Below are positions 54,633 to 64,000 of a stretch of 64,000 bases of DNA, piece by piece (position 1 is the first letter of the stretch; each line of letters starts with the position of its first letter). The notes under the pieces were generated by a model, which made no database searches, had not been told where the DNA came from, and saw only the letters and a list, made by a program, of their open reading frames with translations. The DNA comes from Octopus bimaculoides (taxonomy: Eukaryota). The stretch spans positions 124,579,418-124,643,417 of the forward strand of contig NC_068985.1 in assembly GCF_001194135.2 (NCBI RefSeq). The letters run 5' to 3'. Both the position numbers and the translations under genes were made by a program.

Positions 54633-55101
54633 TTTTTTCTCTGATTTGAATTGTTTGTTCTTTGACTTGACTATTCTACTTATTTTATATTCAAACTGGT
54701 CAGATCTGGCATCTCACACCAACCCTACATTATCATTCTAAAAATTAACAGTTGCCTCATCAAATTCTCAAAATTACAAAATGCATGATTAATTCAAAAC
54801 AATGTGAATAAATAAGCCTTACATTTGACAAAATAATGTGAATGCTAAAGGTTTAAACCATATGTATTGCAAATATATTAAATGAGATATTAATTGAATG
54901 GTCAATGTAGAATAGTGTATGTTCTAACCTATTATAACAGTTATTGTAGCACAAATAAAATTTTTGTTTCATTCCATGATTTTGCTTGAATCTTTGGCTT
55001 TCTTCGCCTTGTTGCTGCTTTCTGCCTCTCCTTTGCTATAGAGTTGTAATGTACAGGAACACAGTATATGTCACTCTTTATATACTTGACTCCTATTTCA
55101 G

Positions 55102-55169
55102 CTCCAGCTACAACCAGTAACAAACCCTTACGGAGAAACCAGCAGTATAGTACTACAGTTCAATCTTGA
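55102..55169 (+). CDS. FAM149B1: FAM149-like terminal exon (APATTSNKPLRRNQQYSTTVQS*)
   Basis: cctatttcag acceptor, phase 1 fits, TGA 55167-55169, AATAAA downstream. No homology support. Confidence 0.6.
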
Positions 55170-55386
55170 TGCTTGCAATTCAGGGTCCTTACAACTCCAG
55201 AGACATCATCAACAACAGCAACATATGCAGGGATGAAGATCCAAAACTTATGTTGCTTACACCATTCTCCAACTATTGTAACTTTCAGCAAAATGTACAG
55301 AGTTTTTGTGGGGTTTTTTTTTTTATCTATCTTTGTCTCTTTTTTTAAAGAGAAACTTTTTGATTAAATCAATAACAACGACAACA

Positions 55387-55392
55387 AATAAA
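55387..55392 (+). terminator. Candidate poly(A) signal of FAM149
   Basis: First AATAAA about 220 nt after the stop, followed by a T-rich tract. Confidence 0.4.
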
Positions 55393-55556
55393 TACAAAGC
55401 ACATTCAACTAATCATAACCATCACTGAAGCAATTAATTTTTTTTTTTTTTCTTGCTCTATATTTTTACAAACATCTTCAGTACCATTGTTTCCGTCCAA
55501 CATACTCACACAAAGGCACATGTACCTGTGTGTTTATCAATATGTATATACATTTA

Positions 55557-55595
<39 letters not shown>

Positions 55596-57329
55596 TAGTG
55601 TATGTGTCCATGTGTGTATGTCTTTATAAATGTATGTTTGCATGTGCATACCTATATATGCATTTAGGTACATTTCTGTATGTGTGTGTGTATTTACCGA
55701 TATGAATGAGTGTGTTTACTTAAATGAATGAAAGATTGTATGTATGCATGCATGTATGCACACACACATATACACATGCACATACACACACACCCATTGA
55801 ATACTAACACCAGATGTAGAAATTGTCTAAACTAATGCCAACATGAAAGTCCATATGAAAATCATTGGTTATGTAGAATAAGCAATAAAAGAAGAATCTA
55901 TTATTATATTTTAATTTTGTATCTTTGTTTTATTTGAAGTAATTTCTTTCTATTTCTGAACTCTTGCTGTTTAAGTGTAAAAACATTTAGTCACACCTTT
56001 GAACAACTTCTTGATAAAAACAAAAACAATACAAACTATTCTCATTGGTACATATAGACTCACACATGAAGAGTAATCTGACAGACAAGTACTGTATCCC
56101 TTTGGTGAGGAATGCATAATGTGTTTAATTTAAGTTAAACTGTAGAGAATAACCACACCATTTGATAATAATGACTTGATTAAGTGACTAAGTTTCCAGC
56201 AAAAATGAGAAGTTTGATGAAAATTTTTCGATGAAAATTTTTGTTGAAATTTTTTATGTTAGAGGGTGGCACTTCAAAGGGTGGCATTTTGAATTAAAAA
56301 AGGAGTTATTATTTTTGAACTCTACTATTCATGTTTTTAATAAATTTTCCAATTGACTAATAATTTGATATCAAATTAAGATGAAATAATTACTACAGTA
56401 AGCGTAGACAATGAAAACGGTAAGCAAGAAAGCTTTTATACGAAACTCTACCAACGTTAGGGGACTACACCAAAATATAAAGTAAAAGAGGAAATAAGCA
56501 TGCAAACAGCGGGGAAATTAATCTGATCTTTGGCGGACACAGTGACAAATCGAATAATGTTTAAATCGTCCTTCTTTGACTAAGTATAGTCTTAACCATG
56601 ACTTTTATTTACTTAAAAAGAATAGTCAAAGCCGTACACTTGTGTGACAAGGTAGAATAATGAGCGAGAGAAATTACTTTCCCATCCACATGGAAAATAA
56701 TTAGTAAAGTAGGCAATAATACATTGACAGGCTGGGGAGACAACTCCAACATATTCCCAATCTTCATTATCACTATTACAATTGAAATAGGAAGGGCAGA
56801 TAACTCATCAAAACTATTACCAAAATACGTCATTAGAGAAGTGTTTCCCACTTTGGCATGCTGAAAATAAATCACTTCAGGAAATCAAGGAATTCATGCT
56901 AAACTTTATTTTTGAAAACCTCACGGAAAATTTAAGGAGGGGAGGGTTATGGCTGATTCAGCTTGTCATCATATAGGGCACTGAATTTACAAAAGGTGAG
57001 GACAGCTGTTAGCATACAATATATTGTATATAATTATATTATATATTTTACTGAAATACTATGTTATTGTAGTATCTAACTATATATACTACAGTAGTAC
57101 TATATGACTGTAGCATCTAATAATTTAGCTGTAATTACGAACTCAGCCCTAATGTTTGTAAGAGAAGGGAAGAAGTAGTTTGGATCAAAAAAGATGCTCG
57201 GTCATAAAGTTGTGCTTGGACAAAACCTACTCGGACTTGAAGGGAAATGGGAAATATATGCAGAACTTCCATACTGGTGCAAAAGCTATCCAAATTTGAT
57301 TAATATATTAACGGACAAAAACCAGAAAC

Positions 57330-57430
57330 TGTCCTGTAGTCGAAATTGTGTGCCAGAATCATCTTGATTGAGTTAATAGCCTGTAGTAACGCTGTGCGCA
57401 TGCGTAGTCTCACGCATGCGTGGAATTCAA
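57330..57430. promoter_or_regulatory. Candidate promoter with paired NRF1-like palindromes
   Basis: TGCGCATGCGT and ACGCATGCGT 8-9 nt apart, ACTACA/ACTACG-like motifs on the minus strand, unique CpG-rich context. Confidence 0.4.
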
Positions 57431-57780
57431 CAACCAAGCTTTCCCGCTTCATTCTGTCTCTTTCTTGCTGGCCAGCGATTGAGCAAGGACGTGTTTAGCT
57501 GTCTCTCTCCATTTTTCGAACTTACGCTAGACAGCTCGCTCACATCTGCATACCAACGTCCCAACAACCATGCTCACACACACACAGAAGACATCTCAAC
57601 AAACAAAAGCTAAATATGTATATATTCCACCTTGAATAAATGTTGTTTGTGTTGATAGTCTGGAGTTCAGCGTTCCGTTAATTCTTGATTTTATATAGGA
57701 AAGTCAGGTATACATCTAATGATGTATAATCCACTTTCCTATAAGCCTTTTATGAAAGCCGAGTAGAGGAACAATGCCAA

Positions 57781-58270
57781 TTGACGGTGATAAAATATGA
57801 TGACCTGGTGAAAGAACTAACAAAGAAGGGGTACCGTCGCATAGCTAAGGCGGTGGGTGTTGGCACTTGGTGGTTTGTCGCAACGTTTATATGCCAACTA
57901 CTAAGTAACCTCGGAATCAAGAGTCGCAAAAGAATAGCGACGATGAACGCCTGTCGGAGACAACTGAAAAGAGTTCACTGTGTTTATGGGCGAAAAGGAA
58001 TGATGGATGGAACTGAGATACAGCAAACCTCTGGGAAGAAACCTAGTTTGAAAAACTTATAAGTGATCTGTGTGACTGAGCAATAAGCTCACATAAAAGT
58101 ATCTAGTTCAATCACTACTGAAGATGGAATTTAAATAACAGTAGAAGGATATCTAGGAGTCACTACCTAAGTGGTCTCGACTCCCTTAGAGTGTCGAGAA
58201 CTAACGGGCTGAAACACTTGTTTTGCAGGAGCTCTTCCTCTGAAGATTTCTCCTGCTGTCCGCTCGGCCC
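57781..58270 (+). mobile_element. HERO-like RLE LINE 3' end
   Basis: KYDDLVKELTKKGYR...AVGVG...FVA...LLSNLGI..RKR, then frameshifted ATEKSSLCLWAKRNDGWN*. Confidence 0.6.
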
Positions 58271-58639
58271 GTTGCGACTTTCCGCTCACTACTATAGAAG
58301 TACTATGTAATAACATGTATTACAGAAGATTGTTACTTAATCGACAAGTGTTTCAATAGCTTCCAGAACTCAGTTCAAATACTCTAGTAGATCAGTGAAA
58401 GTTGAGAAAAAAATCATTACAATGCATCCTTCTTTATCGAGAGAATTAACAAAATTACCAGGAGTCAACACTGTTTTCACATACAATCTGACTTCATAAA
58501 TCTAAGGCAGTATGTAGAATAGTACATACCAACCAAGGAGTCAATAACTTCTATTTCCTCATTAGAATTGTTTTGTCGTAACCAAAACGACTGAATCATT
58601 CAAACTGCTCTAAATAGATTATTTAATTATTATTTCAAA

Positions 58640-58845
58640 TTTTTGCCACAAGGGCAGCTTGCGGAAGATTGGGATGAGTCGATTACATTGACCTTAGTAT
58701 TCAACTGGTACTTATTTTACCGGTCCCGAAAAGATGAAAGGTAAATTCGACCTCGGCGGAATTTGAACTCAGAACGTAGCGACAGACGAAATACCGCGAA
58801 GCATTTCGCCCAGCGTGCTAACGTTTCTGCCCGCTCGCCGCCTTA
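58640..58845 (-). mobile_element. AT-rich SINE, CpG-intact copy
   Basis: TTCGACCTCGGCGGAATTTGAACTCAGAACGTAGCGACAGACGAAATACCGCG. Confidence 0.8.
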
Positions 58846-59347
58846 GATTGTTGCTTAATTATAATCAAAAGAAACCACTCATTTTTAGGAGCATCCTCGA
58901 TTACTTTTCTTTATGAAGACAGTTTTGCAGGAGATTTGCGTCCTCCAACTTCCTGTAGATAGAGGGACCGTATAGAAGCTCCTTAACGGTTGTAAAATTG
59001 GTTTGAATTGCCAAATATTTTATTTACCATTACACTGTATTTACATCATACGTACATTCAATAAATTATCATTGTGTGAGTCATGCAGGACATATGAATT
59101 ATTGCATATTATGAATATTCGTTGATTGAAACTACTAGTTAAGGTTTATGACCCGGAGAAAAAAAATAGGTTGAGAAACTACCATGGTAAAAATAACCAA
59201 CTCGCACAAATCCTGAAATAACTCCTTGATTATGTAGAATTTGCCAGGAGAATGACTCAGAAACTATAGAGCAGGGGTATAAAAAATAAACATAAACCGT
59301 ATATTATTTACATTTGACGGATATTTGTCCTCATCTTGTTTGTTGTT

Positions 59348-59393
59348 AACACAACGTTTCGGCTGATATACCCTCCAGCCTTCGTCAGGTGTC
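59348..59393 (-). ncRNA. Intact minimal type-I hammerhead ribozyme (CUGACGA variant)
   Basis: GACAC-CTGACGA-A-GGCTG..CAGCC-GAAAC-GTT-GTGTT. Confidence 0.8.
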
Positions 59394-59704
59394 TTGGGGA
59401 AATTTCGAACCTGGGTTCTCATTCCTAACGATGTTACTATTATTATAGTAGGAGATATTGATAAATCGGGTATAGCTGATCATGTATGGAAAAATGGAAA
59501 CCACATCCCCCTGTGGGATGAAGTTAAAATAATAGACAGGGAACAACACTGGAAAATACGAAAAGAAGCAGCACATATGCTAGGACACAACAACCTCCTA
59601 AGCAGACCGAGTGCAGATATGAATAGCATATGGGAACCGGTATTAAGGAAGGATAGAAAAATAATAGATTTATAAGCCTTAAAATTCACCCCAGAATTGC
59701 TTAC

Positions 59705-59780
59705 GGGCATATGGCGTAGTGGTTAAGAGCACGGGCTACTAACCCCAAGTTTCCGAGTTCGATTCACGGCAGCGACCTGA
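59705..59780 (+). promoter_or_regulatory. tRNA-derived Pol III type-2 promoter inside the Penelope pLTR
   Basis: A-box TGGCGTAGTGG at 59712-59722, B-box GTTCGATTC at 59757-59765, anticodon-like arm GGG-CTACTAA-CCC. Confidence 0.7.
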
Positions 59781-60959
59781 TTAATAATTAACAACAAACA
59801 CAATGAGGACAAATATCCGTCAAATGTAAATAATGTTAATAATTCCTCATCTCTTAAATATAGAACTGTATTATCTAATCGGTACGGAGCCGACATTAGA
59901 CTTCATTGGAGACATATAGAGAAACTCCATCAAAAACTAGCTCGTCTTTCAAACCATCTAACTTTCCTGTGTAGATGTAGAGACTCGAAGCTAATACCAC
60001 CTGGCTTGAATATAATGACACCAGAAAGAGAATCCAACAAGATCTAGGAAAATCGTACATGAAAGAATTTGAAACGGTGAAGACACGCCAGATTAAGAAG
60101 TTTATGAAACTCAAAGGTCAGAGAATGAAGACTGAAGTCCATCACCCACCTGTGAAAGCAGTGATTAATGGAAGTNNNNNNNNNNNNNNNNNNNNNNNNN
60201 NNNNNNNNNNNNNNNNNNNNNNNNNNNNNNNNNNNNNNNNNNNNNNNNNNNNNNNNNNNNNNNNNNNNNNNNNNNNNNNNNNNNNNNNNNNNNNNNNNNN
60301 NNNNNNNNNNNNNNNNNNNNNNNNNNNNNNNNNNNNNNNNNNNNNNNNNNNNNNNNNNNNNNNNNNNNNNNNNNNNNNNNNNNNNNNNNNNNNNNNNNNN
60401 NNNNNNNNNNNNNNNNNNNNNNNNNNNNNNNNNNNNNNNNNNNNNNNNNNNNNNNNNNNNNNNNNNNNNNNNNNNNNNNNNNNNNNNNNNNNNNNNNNNN
60501 NNNNNNNNNNNNNNNNNNNNNNNNNNNNNNNNNNNNNNNNNNNNNGTTGTCACAGATATTGATCAAGAACAAGGATCACTTCACACCAATGAAGTACAGA
60601 CAGCTGACTCTACACTACAGTAAACTACCACACATGTACGGTCTCCCTAAGATTCACAAGGAAGGTATTCCACTAAGACCTATAGTGAGCTGTAGGGGTT
60701 CAGCATGTCATCCACTGAGCCGCTTCTTGGTGGATATAATCAGTCCATTAGCAGGAAAGTCAACATCATGCGTGAAGAATTCCATCCACTTCACAGAATT
60801 GATCAAGAATACCCCCATTGAATCCAACCAGATGGTGAGTCTAGATGTGATAAGCCTGTTCACCAAAGTCCCAACTGGTGAAGCACTATCGGTGATTCAA
60901 GAAAAACTAGTGACAGACATCCATCAAAAAGAACGCACTAGTATACCAATAACACTACA

Positions 60960-61098
60960 GCGGCGAGCTGGCAGAATCGTTAACACTCCGGCAAAATGCT
61001 TAGCAATATTTCGTCCGTCTTTACGTTCTGAGTTCAAATTCCGCAGAGGTCGGCTTTGCTTTCATCCTTTCAGGGTCGATAAAATAAGTACCAGTTAC
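60960..61098 (+). mobile_element. AT-rich SINE truncating the Penelope RT
   Basis: GCGGCGAGCTGGCAGAATCGTTAAC...AAGTACCAGTTA, CpG-rich. Confidence 0.8.
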
Positions 61099-61440
61099 CC
61101 TGTGCCCCAACTGAACTATTTCTTCCAGCCTGTGGCGTTTGAGACGTTTGGAGGGACTGGGCAGCTAACGACGAAGTCTTCGTCATCGTTGGCGGCTCGC
61201 CTTGCTGAGGTGTCAGGTGATGTCCGTGAGGGTGCTTGGCTGTTCCAACGCCTTAGCCTCGAAATCGCCCGTGATAAGACCGCGATCGATTGAGGCACTT
61301 GGTGTTGAATTGGTGCTTTTTTACTCTTTTTTAATTTTTGCTTTTCTTTCCTTGTACCGCTTTCTCTATATTTTTTCTCCCGCTATTGGATTTATATGTG
61401 CAGTTACCCCCCCTTGACAGCGGGGTTAAACCAATTGAAC
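61099..61440 (+). mobile_element. CRE-like RLE LINE 3' end
   Basis: YFFQPVAFETFGG...LAARLAEVSGDVREGAWLFQRLSLEIAR. Confidence 0.65.
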
Positions 61441-61614
61441 ACTAAAAGACGTAAGCAACGTAAGGTTCAGAGACTCGTCTCTTCCTCTTTCTGCATCGAG
61501 ACACGAGATTGAAGACGTAACCTAACTGACCTTCTCTCACACCACACGCCAGTAGCAGATAGAAGTTAACGCAGAGAAGACCATGGCCTCCACGCATCAA
61601 ACCACATTTTCGCC

Positions 61615-62030
61615 GGCACTATCATGCTATTAGCTGTCAGAAGTGAAAGTTCGCGCGTCCGCGCTAGCTAGTCGTGAGTAGAAAACACAAATTTAATATA
61701 AAAACATATTTCCTGAAATTGCAAATTATTTAAAATATAAAAATATAATTTCCAACAGAGAGAATTTATCAAAATAGAAAACAAATGAAGTTTGAAGTTT
61801 AAAAATAATAGGATCGACCACTCACGACTAGCTAGCGCGGACGCGCGAACTTTCGAGTAATAGATAGAGAGAGAGAGAGACAGACAGACATATAGCTCGC
61901 TCCGGCCAGTCATGGTATTAGCTGTCAGTAGCCAAAGAATCAACAGGCATGCAGGCAGACAGGCAGACAGACAGATACTTCACTAGCAGTGAGCACTTTC
62001 ACTTCTGACAGCTAATAGCATGACAGTGCC
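61615..62030. mobile_element. MITE with 36-bp TIRs and 8-bp TSD (Merlin-like termini)
   Basis: TIRs GGCACT(A/G)TCATGCTATTAGCTGTCAGAAGTGAAAGT at 61615-61650 and 61995-62030. TSD TTTTCGCC at 61607-61614 and 62031-62038. Confidence 0.85.
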
Positions 62031-62072
62031 TTTTCGCCATAGGCGGTCTTTCGTTTTGAGAACAGTTTAGAT

Positions 62073-62428
62073 CACTTCTTAAAGCACGTGGGTTTGTTTA
62101 TATTTCTGAACAAGATCGTCGCTTTCCGTAATATTTTTTTTTTTTACTTATGTGGGGGGGAAGAGGGGATCTTTTGAAGTCGGCGTAAAAGCGAAAGGGA
62201 CACAGAGAGAGCGAGAGCGCGATTGGAAGAGGGAACTTATCTTTTGAAGTCGGCGTGAAGCGAAGGAAGTGATGTGTGTTTGATGGGGTGTGCGAGACAG
62301 AAAGTGTGGCGTGTATGTCTACGCCGATTTCAAATGATCCCTTCTTCCCCAAAGTAAGTAATTTTTTTTTTTACGGAAAGCGACGATCTTGTTTAGAAAC
62401 ATAAACAAGCCTACGTGGTTTATGAGTG
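62073..62428. mobile_element. MITE-like element with ~60-bp imperfect TIRs and internal repeats
   Basis: AACAAGATCGTCGCTTTCCGTAA in both orientations. Internal GGAAGAGGG..TTTTGAAGTCGGCGT x2 plus one inverted copy. Confidence 0.7.
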
Positions 62429-63040
62429 ACAGGTGGCCACATTAAAGGTATATAAAGTCGCAGCCATGTATTATGTATTCTTTATATTGGGTTTCCTGTC
62501 AAATGATATCACAGCCTTCTGAGTAGAGTCACATTAGATCGGTCAACAACCTATCCATCTAAAGATTTATATTTTTAATGTGGTTTTGTATTATATATGT
62601 ATCATATACATGTGTGTTATATTCCAATAAAAAGTAACAATTAAAAAATATATAATAAGTATCACTGGAATAGAATCGGTAGAGCAGCAAACGAAATGAA
62701 CATACAATATTTAATTACGTCTGAGTTCAAATCTTGCAATGCTTCCTGTAAGTTTTAGTAGGCAGAGTACACACAATCTTAGTGACAAAATATTAGTAAT
62801 ACAGTCATTGTGTGTGTGACAGCGTCGTAACATGTGGCAACACTGGTTCTGACGAGTCTACACAGCGACGGAGTAAAATGACAGCATAAAATTTCATTGC
62901 TACTATGGGAAATTATTGCTCTGCTTTACGAAATTTCGCTTAAAGAGCAGTCTCATTAACGTTTTTTTTTTTAAGACGTATTCCTCGAGTTCTGAGCGTT
63001 TCCTCACGTCTGCGACGTAGATATTTTAAATTTTGTATTT

Positions 63041-63108
63041 ATGTAGAGTCTGACGAGCTGTCCACACGGCTTTGCTTTGTGGATGTGAAACCTTGGGTAA
63101 CTCTATGT
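63041..63108 (+). ncRNA. Type-I hammerhead ribozyme, fourth family
   Basis: ATGTAGAGT-CTGACGA-G-C-T-GTCCACA..TGTGGAT-GT-GAAA-CC-TTG-GG-TA-ACTCTATGT: 9-bp stem I, stem III with 3-nt loop, GUA site after 63099. Confidence 0.8.
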
Positions 63109-63205
63109 CCAAGATTAAAATTTTTGTTGTAATAATTACTGCTCTATTCTTTAGAGTGCTTCTTTCTGATATATGTTTTTTTATTAGCTGGCTACACACA
63201 CACAC

Positions 63206-63236
<31 letters not shown>

Positions 63237-64000
63237 NNNNNNNNNNNNNNNNNNNNNNNNNNNNNNNNNNNNNNNNNNNNNNNNNNNNNNNNNNNNNNNN
63301 NNNNNNNNNNNNNNNNNNNNNNNNNNNNNNNNNNNNNNNNNNNNNNNNNNNNNNNNNNNNNNNNNNNNNNNNNNNNNNNNNNNNNNNNNNNNNNNNNNNN
63401 NNNNNNNNNNNNNNNNNNNNNNNNNNNNNNNNNNNNNNNNNNNNNNNNNNNNNNNNNNNNNNNNNNNNNNNNNNNNNNNNNNNNNNNNNNNNNNNCACAG
63501 AAGATGTAACCCAACGGTCTTTCATTTTATGCACATATAATGCAGGATTGATAACGAAACCAAAACAATCTGGGAATACGATTTTCGTCCATTATTTAAG
63601 CCAGAAATTATATAACAAAAGTATTTTACTAACAATTGAATTTTACAATTATCGTTTTCTTACAGAGGATTTGTATTTTATTTCATTGTTGATTTATATT
63701 AATATGCACTGTGTTGTGTGTGTGCGTGCATACGTACATACATACATACATACATGTGTTTGGGCGGGAGTGGGGGAAGTGATCGTCAAGTGTAATAACT
63801 TCAAACAACTGGGTTGTTCAGCAATTAAAAAGAAAAATCTGTATTAATGGCACTTAAAAGTGACTTTTAAGCGTTTATTGATTCGTTTCGTTATTTCGTG
63901 ATACCCATGTCTATTTTTGTATTTCCCCTATTTGTTTTGATTTCATTGGCAAGCTCTTAGTTATATGTAACCTAAGAGCACCGAGTAGGCGAAGGTAGCC

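Larger units (their letters stand above)
59303..60955 (+). mobile_element. Penelope-like retrotransposon: inverted pLTR + GIY-YIG end + tRNA-headed pLTR + ORF start + RT
   Basis: GIY-YIG C-terminus (DKSGIADHVW..NHIPLWDEVKIIDREQHWKIRKEA) at 59447-59675. N-terminus LSNRYG...LARLSNHLTFLCRCRDSKLIPPGL from 59864. RT YGLPKIHKEGIPLRPIVS...VSLDVISLFTKVP at 60547-60955. Confidence 0.9.

Noticed and set aside
56609-56875. 88-aa minus-strand ORF
   Set aside because: No recognisable domain, and its length is compatible with chance.
62846-62895. Hammerhead half-site CTGACGAGTC..GAC
   Set aside because: GAAA is replaced by GGAG and there is no credible stem I or III.

Overview
AT-rich, repeat-dense animal genomic DNA with about seven N-gaps. 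The SINE/LINE families and microsatellite load look cephalopod (Octopus-like; inference). One protein-coding gene could be reconstructed by hand: a + strand FAM149 (FAM149A/FAM149B1-like, DUF3719) gene with 15 phase-compatible exons from 16257 to 55169 (about 616 codons). Its first coding exon is unresolved, probably near 14.9-15.1 kb. The rest is introns and intergenic DNA filled with tRNA-derived SINEs, fragments of RTE, R4/Dong-like, HERO-like and CRE-like LINEs, two Penelope-like (PLE) families with coding remnants, a decayed mariner and three MITEs. The most striking signal is a set of minimal type-I hammerhead ribozymes from at least four or five sequence families. One family belongs to a Penelope element (59.3-61.0 kb) whose terminal repeat carries a tRNA-derived RNA-Pol-III promoter and whose sequenced sense strand has no TTTT run. 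That repeat also occurs as two TSD-flanked inverted-repeat non-autonomous copies (7.3 and 18.2 kb). All calls come from manual reading with no database searches. Repeat boundaries are approximate unless TSDs or TIRs are quoted.
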